From positions 9,832,728 to 9,896,727 of the forward strand of contig NC_057749.1 in assembly GCF_004010195.1 (NCBI RefSeq): a stretch of DNA of 64,000 nucleotides, given 5' to 3'. The stretch is from Chiloscyllium plagiosum. Taxonomy: Eukaryota. A model generated the notes under the pieces. The model searched no databases and had not been told where the DNA came from. It saw only the letters and a program-made list of their open reading frames with translations. Below, piece after piece: positions 27,950-42,579 of this stretch. The position numbers and the translations under genes are program-made. How positions within the stretch are numbered: position 1 is the first letter of the stretch; each line of letters opens with the position of its first letter.

Positions 27950-29035
27950 TATGGATTGGGAGCTGGAGTCCAACCCCTTGAGCTTGCTCCACCTTTCAGT
28001 AAGATTGTGGCTGATTTGATAACTACGCATTTGCCCTTACCACCAATAATGTTTCACTCCCTTGCTTGTCAAGACTCTATCTACCGCTGTCTTAAAAATA
28101 TTCAGAGGCTATGCTTCTATGACCTCTTGAGGAAGAGTATTCCAAAGACACATGGCCCTCAGAGTAAAAATTTGCCATAACCTCTATTATATTGGTGACC
28201 CCTTATTTTTTAAACATTACTGCTAATTCTAGATTTCCCCACAGTGGGAATCTTGCTTTCTGTATGCAACCTTTCAAGAAACCTCAAGATCTGTATATGC
28301 TTCAGTCAAGTCACCTGTTATTCTTGTAACTACAGTGGATACAAGGCTAGTGGGTCTAACCATTTGTCTCAAGCAACCTGCACACTATAGGTGCTAGTCT
28401 AGTATACCTTGTCTGACCTGCTTTCAACACACTTTCATTCATGTTTAAATAACATTCTCCCCGTGCCTACAGGGTTTCCTCCGGGTGCTCCGTTTTCCTC
28501 CCACAGTCCAAAAATGTACAGGTTCAGTGAATTGGCCGTGCTACGTTGCCCATAGTATTAGGTGCATTAGTCAGAGGGAAGCTGGTCTGGGTGGGTTACT
28601 CTTCGGAGGTTCGGTGTGGACTGGTTGGGCCGAAGGGCCTGTTCCCGCACTGTAGGGAATCTAGTCTGAACACAAATAATGCTATACACAGTACTCCAAA
28701 TATGGTCTCACCAATGCAGAACCGTCCTATTTTTGTATTTAATTCCCCTTGCAATATGCAATAACATTCTATTGGCATTCCTATTTACTGCTGTACCTGC
28801 ATACTAATCTTTTGTGCTTTATGCTCTAGGGCACCCAGATCCCTCTGCATCTGAGCTCTGCACTCCCTGTCCCTTTAGACAGTATGTTTCTCTTTTATTC
28901 TTCCTACTAAAATGGACAGTTTTCACATTTTCCAGAGCTCTGCCTACTCACGTAACCTATCAATATCTTTTTATAGCCTCCTTATGTCCTCTTCCCAACT
29001 TACATTTCCAGCTATCATTGTGTCACCTGGTTTCC
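27950..29035 (-). mobile_element. Older CR1-like LINE remnant interrupted by a 5'-truncated V-SINE (about 28454-28666, +)
   Basis: Decayed 3' UTR/ORF2 similarity; SINE central domain ttctccccgtg..gggtttcctccgggtgctccg. Confidence 0.65.
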
Positions 29036-30335
29036 TACCTATCTTGAAAAATATTTTCTTCGCGAGTGTTCATGCAACTTCATCTTATGCTGGAGTGCAT
29101 TCATGTCTGGTATAGGTAGATTTTTGATCTCTTTGGGAATCAAGGAATTTGGGAAGCAGGTGGAAAAGTAAAGTTGAGGCAGAGTAACCATGATTATACT
29201 GAATGGAGGAGCAGGTTCACTTTATATGGTCCCACCTTCCCTGCCTTGTTAAATGAGCCACACAATTGTGCTAGGTTTCAAAGTGGGGTTGTGTTATGAT
29301 CCCAGCTGATGTTAATACTGAACAAGTCAAACTTCACAGTGAAACCCAGTTTTATAAAGCAACCTTCTATTGAAACAAAGATCCTGAAGGTCGTGTTCGC
29401 AAAACTCTGCCAGTATGCTTTTACAACAGAATAAAACATTGATTAAGCAAGAAAAATATGAACTAAATTGCACCAGAAAAAAGGTTTGGAAAGATATTTT
29501 AGGCATCAGAAAAAGATTCTAATTCCATTTATTCCAGCAATATCCTTGTTACCGACAACTGAAACGCCAATGAAGAATCATCACTATCTTGACACCAATG
29601 TTACTTGCTGTGACTGCTAGAAATGCAGTCAGTTCCCTTCTGGCAATTTCTGCCTGTTCACTAGATGCTTTTTCCTTCAGCTGGTATCCCTCCCACAGAT
29701 ATCTAAAAAAGTAAAGCTAAACTCATTTTTATATTAAGTTTAAAACACATGAATTCCCAAAACTCAGATTCCAGCAGTTTTTCCCTGATTGTCACTCACT
29801 GACTTTTTTAGATTTCTCTGTCTCCGTGTTTTGCTGGGCCCCTGTTACTAGACAACAGTGTGGTTTCCTTCCTTTATTTTTTAAATGCACTCAATCATTT
29901 TATTTCAACCTTATTTAGATGCCAGTTTTAAAAAATGCTTGCAGACTATGCAGCATCAAGCTCCCAAGAACACTCAAACTGTGTCCTCCTTAACTCACAA
30001 ATATAAACATAAATTGCCATTAGAAATAATGCATAACTGAGTAAAATATTGCTTGAAAAAGTATTCTTTCTGTTAATCAAACTCCATTTAAATACCGCTT
30101 TAAACGGTTTTAATATCTTCACCGCCTCCCTCCACCCCAAAAGCAAGTTGTCAGAATTGTCTGTTCTGATGAAATATTACAGAGCTGAAACATTAACTGT
30201 TTCTCACACCACAGATGTTGTTGGACCTGCTGAATCAATCCAGCATTTTCTGTTCTTTAATTATAAATGACCTGCCCTTTATTTAAGAAACAGCATCAAC
30301 CAATGGGGCACCTAAACATTGTGATTAAACAGTGA

Positions 30336-30548
<213 letters not shown>

Positions 30549-31140
30549 CACCAGAATGCCATGGAACTTCCTTTTTTCTTAAAGACTGCTCGACATTAAA
30601 CCAAGAGTGCTGAGACTTTTACAAAGCAATCTTCTTAAGAAAAGAAATTGAACTCTGCATATCATGGCCTTGTGTTTCATTTCCCCCTCAGTTATGTGTG
30701 CTGCAACACAATATCCCTCTATCCCCATTAAAGAAGCATGCTTGAACACCTTTGTCGAGTCCTTTGGTCCTTGTGGTAATTGTTTTGTGCCAAGTGCCTC
30801 CAGCCACAAAGACGGTGCTTACTTTGCAATGTGTTTATTTCGACCAAAACGAGATTTCACAAAGAGGATTGGTGAAGAGACGGTTTTCTTTAACCAGCAT
30901 AACACAGTTTTGTGTTTTTTTTTGCTTTCCCATCTAAATTTGCTTAGCCAGGTTTTTTTAATACTTAAATTGTAATTTTTTTATAAAATAAAAAGGGTGT
31001 TTTTTTTTAAATGTTCTGTAATGTTCCACAGATTTGACAAACTCATTGCATGTAGTGTGGGAGGCATTCATTTCTGTCAGTGCGTTACATCATTTTAGCT
31101 GCCAAGGATGAGATTAAATAAACCATTCCATATGATCAGT
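30549..31140 (+). other. CSK: Probable CSK 3' UTR with candidate polyadenylation signals
   Basis: Repeat-free AT-rich sequence after the stop. AATAAA at 30987-30992; ATTAAA/AATAAA at 31113-31122 followed by a GT/T-rich tract. Confidence 0.6.
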
Positions 31141-31426
31141 TCTAAATGGCTGTTATGTTTTGATTTTACTTTGGCAGAATATATTGGGCTGCTGTCTTTG
31201 TCTTCAGCCCTCTGTCATAGAAATGTAGAAAATAGGGACAGAAATAGGACAATCAGTCCATCAGGCCCGCTCCACCATTTGTTATGATTATGGTCGATCC
31301 ACTATCTCAGTACCATATGTCTATACTCTCCCCACGCCCCTTGACAACTCGGGTCTGTAGAGATCTGTCCATCCTCCTCAAATATATTCAGTGTCTTGGC
31401 CTCCACAGTCTTCTATGACAGAGAAG

Positions 31427-31725
31427 GGGCAGCACTGTGGCGCAGTGGTTAGCACTGCTGCCTCACAACACCAGTGTCCCAGGATCTATTCCAGCCTCGG
31501 GCGACTGTCTGTGTGGAGTTTGCATTTCCTCCCCGTGTCTGCGTGTATTTCCTCCCACAGGCCAAAGATGTGCATGTTAGGTGAATTGGCCATGGTAAAT
31601 TGCCCATAGTGTTAGGTGCATTAGTCAAAGGGAAATGAGTTTGGGAGGGTTACTCTTCGGAGGGTCAGTGTGGACTGGTTGGGCCGAGGGGCCTGTTTCC
31701 ACACTGTACAGAATCTAAATCTAAA
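31427..31725 (+). mobile_element. V-SINE/HE1-like SINE inserted in an old CR1 remnant (about 31215-32290, -)
   Basis: gtggcgcagtggttagcactgctgcctcac head; gtgtggagtttgca central domain. Confidence 0.85.
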
Positions 31726-34227
31726 ACTCCACAGGTTCACAACTCTCCAAGTCAAGAAATGTTGACTCGGTCTGAAATGGTCCACAGTATAATATTAAAC
31801 ACCTGTCTCCTTGTTCGGGACCCCAGACCAGGGGAAACCTTGTCCCTTAATCCAGTTTGCACAGCTCTGTTAGAATTTTAAATGAATGAGATTCCCCTCA
31901 TTCTTTTTAACGGCAGTGAATAAAGGCCCAGTCAAACCATCTGTCATCCCAAGAGTCGATCTGATGGGTTTTCACTGCACTCCCTCAATGGCAAGTTATC
32001 CTCTTTTTAAGTAAAGGATACTAGAGATGTGGTCTCAACAAGGCCCTGTACAGATGCAGGAAGACTTGTGCCTTTGTACTCAAATCTACACTCATTGTCA
32101 CCATGAAGGTCCTACCTTCTCAACCTTGACTGAGGCATGGTGTCCCTTAGGCTGAAATCACCGTCAGTTATCTGTCTCATCAGAGGACAGTGCTCTGGGA
32201 CTGTGGTGGCTGTACCTTTTCTTTTATTCTAACCTTTTGCAATGAAGGTGGCCGTATCACTTGTCTTCCTGATAGTTTGCTGTATCTGTGTACTTTCTTT
32301 CAGTTCTGTTGTCTCACTGAACTCACCTGAGTGGGGACTGGATGGCCTTCAGTGGACACCACCAGCCTCAGCAGACAGCTCATATCAAGAGCTCAAGTAC
32401 AGCCAGGGGTTGAATTATTAATAGAGTGTTTATACCAACCGTATCAGTCTGTAGATGGCCAAAGTTTGCATAGTTGTGCTCAGAAATGCATTCATCACAT
32501 TGAGAATAACAGTGGTACTCCTGGCTCTTATGATAATTTGAAACTTGATCTGCAAAGTTCTGGAAAGATCCCAGGTCTGATGTAATTTGAAATTGTTATT
32601 TTCATTTTAAGATGCCCAGTTTTCTATTTAATCATTCGAGGTGTCTTGGCTTAAAGCAAGATGTGGTGTGGACTCTAAATGCTGTAGACTTGAGATGCTT
32701 GTTACCTTCCTGCCTCATGAAAAGAGGTTTATAAGTAACTTTTGAGAATACATTCAGAACAAACTTTCAAAGTAGTCTTCTGGCCACATACTAAATTGAA
32801 AAGAGAACAAAACAAAACCTGAAACAACCGCAGATGCTGGAAATCAGAAACAAAGACCGAAATTGCTGGAAAATCTTCGAGTCTGGCAGCATCATCTGTG
32901 GAGAGAAGTCAGAATTAACATTTCAGGTCCAGTGACCCTTCAGAAAAGGTGTGAAACGAAAACTACTCAATACTGTCAAATGATTAATGTGATTGGGCTA
33001 AGAGGGATTGATTCTTTTAAGCCAGAGTTTCTTTCGGCTGGTCTCTGATAAACCTGTGCAGTTTGTCAAAGATGACCTGTTAGACTCTCCCAATTCCCTT
33101 TCGCCTGCTGCTGTTTATTCTCCAGGCTTCGTGTGAAGCTTCTATGAGTTACTGGAGTTCATGCTGGCAATCAAATGATGTTTGCTTCGAAGAGAGGAAG
33201 AAAGGGACAAAAAAATAAAATATGGATTGTAACAATTACTGAAGATGATTTTGTTGGAAAATTAACATGTTTGCAGTTAGTTATCTTGGAGCTTTTAAGG
33301 ATGAAGTTGAGGTAAATATCGAAAGTCTGAACTTTAAATATTAAAGTGGTGAAGCAATTGGTTGGGTGGTCTAATGTTTAATGAACCAAAGAGTATAAAC
33401 TCTGCTGTGATGTTTACATTTTTAATCTGTTGAGAGCTTTATTTACTTCAGTGGTTAAAGTTTGCTTTCTAGTTTGGAAATGAATTTTACACCTTTTGTT
33501 TACATTTACTAATTTTAGTAGTCATATTGGGGTATCTCCATTGCAGGTCATGAAGTCACTGGGCTGGTAATCCAGTGGACTGGACTAATGATCTGGAGAC
33601 ATGAGTTCAAATCTGACACATTTTAGATTGAATTATTTTTCAAAAGGCAGCACTTATTGCAACATCACCGCTTGGTAGAGTGTGGCAATCTGAAGTGCAA
33701 AATGTTGAAAGCGTTGCATCCAACTCGTTAAAAAAACATCAAGTCTATTGCACTGGAATTCATTCCAGGCAGCAATCTAGGAACCAGACCTGAAAAAAAT
33801 GCAGCAACAGTTATAATCGGTCTGAGATTTCCTTTGCAAATGGAGACCCTGGATTCAAAAGAAAGCTAGTTAATTGTCTTGACAATGTCACTGCATCTCT
33901 GCCAGGACCAGGAGCAAATAAACCATGAAAAGTACGCATGTTCAGATTGATTCTGGTGACCTTTTTTGCATTGGGAACAGGTATTCTTCACAAAAACCTG
34001 GAATAAAAGGCTTGCATCAGTAATGATAATCATGAAATTAACAGATTGTAACATGAAAGGCTTTTAGTGAAGGAAATCTGCCAACACCTTGTCTGGCCCA
34101 CATGGCTCCAGAACCTAATAATGTGGTTGACTCTAAACTGCCTTCTCAAGCAGCATAGCAAGCCACTCAGCCCTCTCTATTGAGAGGTGCGCAAGATAAC
34201 TGAGGGGTGAGCAATAAATGAAATGAA

Positions 34228-34540
34228 TGACAAGGGTCTTTTCCCTAGGGTGGGTGGGTTCAAAACCTGGGAGTATATTAAGATGAGAGGACAAAGATTT
34301 AAAAAGGATGTGAGGGGCAACCTTTTTCTTAAACAGTAGTTCACACTTGGAATTAACGGCCAGAGAAAGTGGTGAATGCAGGTATAGTTGCAACCTTTAA
34401 AAGACATTTGGATAAAGTCATGAATAGGAAAGGTTTGAAGTGATATGTGCCAAGAGCAGGCAGGTGGGACTAGTTTAGCTTGAGAACATGGTTGGCTTGG
34501 ACTGGTAGGAATGAAGGGTCTGTTTCCGTGCTGAATGACT
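34228..34540 (+). mobile_element. CR1 3' end (decayed)
   Basis: gaggggcaacctttt..gaataggaaaggtttg..gaagggtctgtttcc. Confidence 0.75.
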
Positions 34541-35282
34541 GAGGGAAGATGATGTCCTGGGACTTAACTTTTTTATATATATACATATAAGAAAAAGCTC
34601 TGGTGTCTTCAGTTGCAAACTACCAGGATGTACTAAAGAGTTGACGGTTATTGGACTTGGACAAGTTAGGTTACTGTCCACCAGATCAGCCATGATCTAG
34701 TTGAATAGCATAGCAGGCTAAATGGGCTTCTCCTGATCCCATTGTAACCAGGTTTCATGCTGTCAGATTTAGAGTTGCAGTCATAATGATAACCTATTCC
34801 TCAACAACACCTTAGTTAATTCCTGTGCTGTTTGAGACAATGCCGTCAGGTATATGTACCATAAAAGCCTGTATGTTTATTTTTAAAGATGCTCCTTAAA
34901 ACCTACCCAATAATCAAACTTTTATTTTGAGCTTGTCAGCCGTCCTAAAATCTTCCTGGGTGGCTTGGATGTAAAATTACATTGTCCCCTAACACTCGTG
35001 TGAAATGCCTTAGGATGTTTTAAGACATTATAGGTGTTTTGTAACAATTTTTTTCATTCATTATATTTTTAGTTCAGTTTTACTTAAAATGAATTCTATT
35101 CCTATCAAACACTCGTAGACTCGTAACATAAACAGTACATTCCTATATCTCATTGGAGATACTATTAAACCAATTAAGGCCTGGTCATGCTGTAAAAAAC
35201 AAGTGAGAAAGTTACGGATGTTTTGATATTTTTGTCTTGACATTGCCCCAAAGTTTTGATTATTGATGCTTTATTAAAATGA

Positions 35283-35487
35283 TTTGGAGGTGCCGGTGTT
35301 GGACTGGGGTGAGCAAAGTTTAAAAATCACACAATACTAGGTTATAGTCCAACAGGTGTATTCGGAGCACTAGCTTGCAGAGCACTGCTTCAGGACAACT
35401 ACCTGATGAAGGAGCAGCGCTCCGAAAGCTAGTGCTTCCAGATAACCGAGGTGAACTATAACCTGGTGTTGTGTGATCTTAAATTAG
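35283..35487. mobile_element. Fold-back HHR element, family B, with a 9-bp TSD
   Basis: TSD ttaaaatga at 35274-35282 and 35488-35496; inverted arms atcacacaatactaggttatag / ctataacctggtgttgtgtgat. Confidence 0.82.
35403..35431 (+). ncRNA. Minimal hammerhead ribozyme motif, family B (intact)
   Basis: tac CTGATGA A GGAGC-AGC-GCTCC GAAA GCTA gtg. Confidence 0.8.
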
Positions 35488-36153
35488 TTAAAATGACATT
35501 ACAATCGAGAACACAGTGCTGACAAAAAAGAAACCATTTCACTGTACATTTGTGTGAAAGCAGAGTTGAATTTTATAGTTAAAACACCAAGCAACCCAAT
35601 GTAAATTATGCCTCAGAAGGATCACTGGGAATGGTAACTTCTGACCCATTTTCTGCCACTTATCTAGTTGTCAGTTTCCTTTCATGTCACTGCTCTGAAT
35701 TGAAATTTGAAGGTACTTTGATTCAAATATTGTCAGTCATAAAAACAGTAGTTTGTAAGTTTTAAGTTGGTTTCAATTGCATAGAAAATTTTATCTGAAA
35801 AATAATTTGCGTAGATTCAAATATAGTCACTCACCTGGACTCAGTAAGGAGCATTTTCTTTCATTGATGCTATGCTTTAAGATTCCTGACTGGATACACA
35901 GGTTTATGGAGAACTAATGCACTGAGCAATGTCAAGGGAGCCTTTCTTTCTCCCAGTGTTAACCATGCCCCAATTTCTTTTTATTCTGCTGGGGTGGGCA
36001 TCACATCTCCCAGTCACTGCTGTTACTAATTTACAAGAGAAATTAAGTATTTAGACATATTTATTCATCCTTGCAGGCCCAGATGAGCCTTTTTGTATCT
36101 TAACCCTTATTTTCTTCTAATGCTTTATTGCTAGAAATATTGCAGAATTGAAA

Positions 36154-36508
36154 TAGAATCCTTGCAACATGGAATTAGGCCATTTGGCGCATCAAATGGT
36201 CAACATTGACCCTCAGAAAGACAGCCCACCTACACTATCCCCACCCAACCCTGTAACCCTGCACTTCCCATGGTTAATCCACCTAGCCTGCACATCCCTG
36301 GATGCTATGGGGCAATTTAGCATAGCCAATTCACCAAACCTGCATGTCTTTGGTCTGTACGAGGTAACCAGAGCACCGAGAGGAAACCTATGCAGTCACA
36401 GGGAGAATGTGTGGAGTTTGCACAGACACTCGCTTGAGGGTGGAACCAAGCCCAGGTCCTCAGCGCTGTGAGGCAGCAGTGCTAACCACTGAGGCACCAT
36501 GCTGCCCC
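36154..36508 (-). mobile_element. V-SINE/HE1-like SINE
   Basis: Reverse-complement head gtgaggcagcagtgctaaccactg. Confidence 0.82.
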
Positions 36509-36929
36509 AAATCTCAGGCTTTAGTTGCTTCCCAAGACCAACATTTATTTTCTTTTAATCTGAACTGATCATGATTTGGCTGTGCTTTGGGTACTAACAT
36601 ACCTGGCTATGAGGATGTTGAAGTTTACAAAGGTTCACATTTATTGCTTGAACGATAACATTTTTGGGGAAAGAAATCCTGTAGGTTGTGGGGACTGGTT
36701 AAATTTGGCTGTGTTGTTCCTCTCAATCAAATAATTTCTCGACAACACAGAACCTTACTAAAAGGAGAGGGAAAACGTTGAAACTCTTTAACCTTAAATT
36801 ATCAGGACAAGGATGCCAGTATCACAGAATTGTTACGGCACAGGAGGAGGCCAGTTGACCTGTGCCAAGAAACCAGATTGAGAAAGGAACAGCAATTTAC
36901 ATTGCACGAGATGATGTGGGTGAGACAGT

Positions 36930-37482
36930 GTTGGACCTTCCTTACGCCTCCACTTCTCACCTTTAAACAACTGCCAAACCTTCAACAGACGATTGTTCGC
37001 AGCAAACTACCCAGTCTTCAGGACAACATTGACCACAACACTGTCCAACCCTGTGATATCAACCACTGCAAGACGTGTCAGTGTCGACACAGGTACCACC
37101 ATTAACAATAGGGACACCACCCACCGTGTACGCGGCAGGTACTCGTGTGACTTGGCCAACATTGTCTATCGCATACGCTACAGACAAGAATGCCGTCAGG
37201 CATGGTACATTGACAAGACCAAGCAAAGCTACGTCAACAGATGAATGGACACGACAACAATCAACCGAAAAGGGTGTTCCCTCCTAGTTGGGGAGCACTT
37301 CAGCAGTCAGACATTCAGCCTCGGATCTTTGAGTGACCGTCCTTCAAGGTGGACTTTGGGACAGGCAACAACGCAAAGTGGCCGAGCAGAGGCTGATAGC
37401 CAAGTTCGGTACCCATGAGGATGGCCTCAATCGGGATCTTGGGTTCATGTCATAATACAGGTGATCCCACTGCACTATACAT

Positions 37483-37520
<38 letters not shown>

Positions 37521-38335
37521 GCGCACACACACACATATGCTGTCTATCTCTCAAACGGCACGCACACATAGACCCTCTCTCGAACGCACACGCGTACACA
37601 CACAGACCCTCTCTCGAATGTACACACCCCACACTCACGAAGACCCTCTCTTAAACGCATGCACACACTCACGCAGACCATCTCTCAAACGCGCACACCC
37701 CACACACGCCCTCTCACAGGCTTATACTCCCGTCAACACCCCCACACATGCTTTACCAAGCTTTCACACGCAAACACACACTCACATGTGCACTCGCACA
37801 TGCACTTGTGCGCACACACTCTCTCTCTTTCTCCCCCCCCCCCCCCCCCCCATGCACTCGTGCACACAAGTCTGAGATGAATTTGTATTTGCAGGCATAT
37901 TTTCAGATACATTCTATTTTGCCCAAAAAAATACACAGTCTGCAGACAGTCAACCAATGTAATATTTTGTAAATTCCACTTTGAAAATAGAACCAGTCTG
38001 ATTCAAGATTGGAATACAGACAGACTCTGACCGCACACCTTTTAATGCATCGTCTGAGCTGAGATGTCACGTTTTGTTATAAAACCTTAAGTTACCTTGA
38101 GAAGATGACTTGAAATAGTGGGATTTACATATTAATAAACCGAAACCTGCAACCCATTCTAAAATATGAAAGACTTAACAATCCAGGTTCGTTCAATATA
38201 TCATTTCAGTTGCATGACTCTGTAGACATTGTAATTTTGCTATAAAGTCTGTGTCTTATGATCTTATACTCCACAACCACCTGATGAAGGTGCTTCCAAG
38301 CCTATAACCTAGTGTTCTGTGATTTTAACTTATGT
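36930..38335 (+). mobile_element. Penelope-like element 3' remnant (Cys-rich linker plus GIY-YIG), parent of family B termini
   Basis: QPCDINHCKTCQ..YSCDLANIVYRIRY..WYI; 3' region matches the family B fold-back arms. Its HHR at 38281 has lost stem II and GAAA. Confidence 0.85.
37485..37870. repeat. (CT)n/(CA)n-rich low-complexity tract with repeated cacagaccctctctc units inside the PLE 3' region
   Basis: Directly visible in the sequence. Confidence 0.9.
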
Positions 38336-38546
38336 ATGAGAAGATGAAGCTAATTGGTTGGGCCATTGTTGGAATGGCGATGCAGCAAAAACAGTGACAA
38401 ATAACTTACATATATGGAAAATAATGAATAACTCTCAAAAAATTGCACAAGGTAAAAATAAAATCTATTCTTCACATTGTTATAATGCAAAAAGGCCTAT
38501 ATTCTTACAATCCAAGGTTATTATGATCATTCCATTACTTTTACAA

Positions 38547-38803
38547 TAGAATCACTACAGTAAGGCCCTTTGATCCAATTGAGTCTACACCGACCCTCCA
38601 AAGAGCATCCCACCCAGACCCAACCCTATTGCATTTCCCATGGCTAAATCTAGTCTGCACATCCTTGGACTGTGGGAGGAAATCCATGCAGACCTGGGAA
38701 GAATGTGCAAAGTCCACACAGACAGTCGCCCGAGGCCAGAATCGAACCCAGATACCTGGTTCTGTGAGGTAGCCGTGCTAACCAATGAGATATCGTGCCA
38801 CCC
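38547..38803 (-). mobile_element. V-SINE/HE1-like SINE
   Basis: Reverse-complement central domain gaatgtgcaaagtccacacagacagtcgccc. Confidence 0.8.
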
Positions 38804-39589
38804 TATTTGTTTTCTAAAAATGAAACTTGGCCTGTGGAGCAACAACTTTGCCTAGAGTGGTTTAAGTATAGTAGGGTGGGAACTTCGACACTCTATTAAA
38901 GTGTATTATCAAGCACAGGGTCGTAGTTCTAGAGTCCTACAGCGTAGAGACAGGCCCTTTGGCCCAAACTGGTCCATGCTGACCAAACTGTCTGTCTATA
39001 CTAACCCTACTTCCCCGCACTTAGCCCTTATCTTTCTAATCCTACCCAATCCATGTTCTTGTTCCGATACAGTAACTTATTCATGTGTACACACTGTATC
39101 ATGGTACGTTGTACAAAGTACGCTGAATAACTTCAAGACATTGTAATATATTCCTGCTTGAGTTTCCCATATTCTTCCTTCCATGATCTTGAGTTTGTCC
39201 AAAATTGCTACTTGTGTCAATGTCCACACCAAGATGCAGTGTTGGTGTTCACACATCGACTCTGTTCTCACAGGGTAAAAACAAGGACTGCAGATGATGG
39301 AAACCAGATTCTAGATTAGAGTGGTGCTGGAAAAGAGCAGGACAGCCTGATGTTAGTACAACTGGCACCTTGACTTTTATACTCTCATTTATTCTTCAAA
39401 TCCTCCATGGCCTCACCCATTCCTATCTCTGTAACCTCCTCTAGCCCCAGAGCCTTGAGGGATTTGCGCTCATCTAATTCCTGCGTTGAGCATCCCTGAT
39501 TTTAATTTTTAAATTGGTAGCACTGAACCTTCAGCTCCCAAATTTCATTCAACTAATTCCTTTCTGAAAGCTCTTCCTTTAAAGCATGC

Positions 39590-40100
39590 ATGTACGGAAA
39601 GAGCTGTCAGAGGGAAGTGGTAGAGGCTGGTACAATTGCAACACTTAAAAGGCATCTGGCTGGGTATATGAGGGATATGGGCCAAATGCTGGCAAATGGG
39701 ACAAGATTAATTTAGGATATCTGGTAGCACAGATGAGTTGGACCAAAGAATCTGCTTCCGTGCTGCACATCTCCATGACTTTCTGCATATCCACCTATTT
39801 GAGGTCTTTTAACCCATTGTAGGGGAGTCCAAAACTAGAGGCATAGATTTAAGGTGAGAGGGGAAGGATTTAAAAGAAAAGTGAGGGGCAATTCTTTCCA
39901 CACACACGGTGGTGCGTATGTGGAACTAACTGCCAGAGGAAGTGATCGATACAGGTACAGTTACAATATCTAAAAGAAACATGAACAAGAAAGGTTTAGA
40001 GAAAATGAGCCAAATGCAGACAAATGAGGCTAGTTTAGTTTTGATTACCTTGTTGGCATGGACAAGTTGAATTGAAGGGTCTGGTTCTGTGACTCTATAA
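39590..40100 (+). mobile_element. Two CR1 3'-end fragments
   Basis: gaggctggtacaattgcaacacttaaaaggcatc; ggggagtccaaaactagaggg. Confidence 0.78.
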
Positions 40101-41019
40101 ACTTACCTCTTCAACTTAGCTTCTGGCTCCCAACAATTGCCTTGTAGGTCAAATTTGTTTAATACTTATACAAAGCACTTTTTGCTGTATTAAAATCAGT
40201 ATATGAATTAAAGTGTGACTGAGACATCTGTCATCTGAAGTTACCAAAGAAGCAGATTTGCAGTGAAGATAGCATCCATCCCAATCCTTGCCCACACTAC
40301 ATCCTTCATCTCATGGCGATGAGTAATATTTAGTGCTGTACTAATATTGCTCCTGTCCCAGTAATTAATAGTGAACAAAAAGTAATTAAAATGTCACATG
40401 TAGTCCCTTCTATAGCCATAATTATTTTAAATGGTGAAAATAATTGGCATCTCTAAGATCAAATAGAGATTTCAGGGACAAGTGTGTTGTCAGGAAATAT
40501 GAATCCTTTTCTTACCTGAATAATGACAGAAGGTTTTTGCTAAAATGACTCTGAAGTTGCTGGCAAGCTATGTGCAACATATGCTGTACAGATTAGATCA
40601 ACCATTGTGTTGTTGCTAATAGGATTTACACTGAATGCAGGTTTTGTACTTCAAGCCAGAACATCTATTGAAAAATATTCTGTTGTTTATTTATGCAGTT
40701 CAGGCTGTTTCTAGTTGATCATTTTTAATAACAGTTGGAATTATTGCTTCATCACAGAGCATTAGCGTGCATGTTGTGGCTGTGAATTCAGAGGTTTGAT
40801 GGCAAAATCCTATCACCTTCCCAGGCCCACTTACTTTCTCGGTTGAGTATTATCAGGACAAAGGCCAATTAGCATTGAGCACATCCATCCACCACTTAAA
40901 ATAATTAGAAAAGTTAACCGATTGGTATAAAACTCCCAAGTAATTGCTTAATATACTTAGGTCTTCTGGCTACCTTTAAATAAAAGCCAAAATTGTTGGC
41001 AGCATCTGGAGAGAATCAG

Positions 41020-41288
41020 GGTGGCACTGCTGCCTCACAGCACCAGGACCCAGGTTTGATTCCAGCCTCAGGTGACTGTCTGTGTGGAATTTGCACATTC
41101 TCCCCATGTCTGTGTGGGTTTCCTCCCACAGTCCAAACATATGCAGGTTAGGTGAATTGGCCATGGGAAATGCGGGGTTACAGAGATAGGGTAGGGGGAA
41201 ATGAGTCTGGGTGGGATGCTGTTTGGAGGGTCAGTGTAGACTCGAAGGGCTGAATGGCCTGTGTCCACACTGCGAGGTTTCTATGATT
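41020..41288 (+). mobile_element. V-SINE/HE1-like SINE
   Basis: cactgctgcctcacagcaccagg..gtgtggaatttgcacattctcccc. Confidence 0.82.
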
Positions 41289-42579
41289 CAAATCCAGTGT
41301 GACTTCTTAAAAACTTCAAGGAGAGTTATTCTGGACTTGAAACATGAACTCTGTTTCCATTTCTACCGATCCTGTTAGACCTGCTCAGTTTCTCCAGCAC
41401 TTTAGTTTAATTTCAAAATGTTGAGCATTTGGAATACCTGCTTTCATTCCTCTTGGCTACCCTTTCCAACTTGAGTCCCACAGAGATAGCTGGCCAATGG
41501 AAACAGCTTAGTAATCTGCTTATTTCCAAGCTGTTGCCCAATGTTGGGAGCGTTTTTATTAATGGGGAAGGAAATCATATACAGAATATAGTTCAAGTTG
41601 GTTTTATGTATTTCTAATGTATTTTTACATTAGTACCTCTACAATTGCAGGGTAAAAGGAGTCTGAACTTCTAAAGAGGAGTGGGTAATAAAACTACTTC
41701 ACAAATTACCAAAACTGCCATTTTAACTTGAAAAAAATGTTTTTTAGTTCCATCTAATTACTAAATGTTTGAATTTGTACAGTAGGATTTGGGTATAGAC
41801 ACACTTAGCATTTATGGACAGTGAAATTAAATTATTGAAGTTAATGAGGCAACTCCAAATTTTGAAGTGAAACTAGTCTGAATACTCCAGCCATTTCTCT
41901 TTCTGGAAAACCAAAACTATAGTTTGACAAAGTTCAAAATGTTGGATTTCACTAAAAATTGTATATCTGAGTCTCTGCGCCTGCTATTACAAAGGCACAT
42001 CTTCAGCTCTGTTTATACAAACACAGAAGACAGGAGCAGTCGGAGGCTATTCGGCCCTTTGAGTCTACTCTGCCATTCATCCCAATCATGGCTGATGGAT
42101 GCTGCCTGAACTGCTGTGCTCTTCCAGCACCACTGATCCCATCCAACCTAATAGCCTAATCCTGCTTTCTCCCCATAATCATTGACCTTGTTCACCCCAA
42201 GTGCTATATCTAGCTGCCTCTTGAATACGTTCAATGTTTTGGCATCAACTATTTCCTGTGGTAAAAATTCCACAGGCTCACCACTCTTTGGGTGAAGAAA
42301 TGTCTCCTCATCTCCATTCTAAATGGTCCACCCTGAATCCTCAGACTGTGATCTCTGGTTTTGGACACACCCACCATCGAGAACATCCTCCCTGTCTAGT
42401 CCTGTTGGAATTTTATAAGTGTCTAGGAGAATCCCCCCCTCATTTGTCTGAACTCCAGCAAAAACAGTCCTAACCTTGTCAATCTCACGTCAACGTCAGT
42501 CCACCATCCCCGGAATCACTCTGGAAAATCTTTGCTTCGCTCCCTCGAGAGCAAGAGCATCCTTCCTCAGAAAAGGAGA

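Noticed and set aside
37415..37972. His/Thr-rich and Cys/Val-rich ORFs
   Set aside because: Translations of CA/CT low-complexity sequence.
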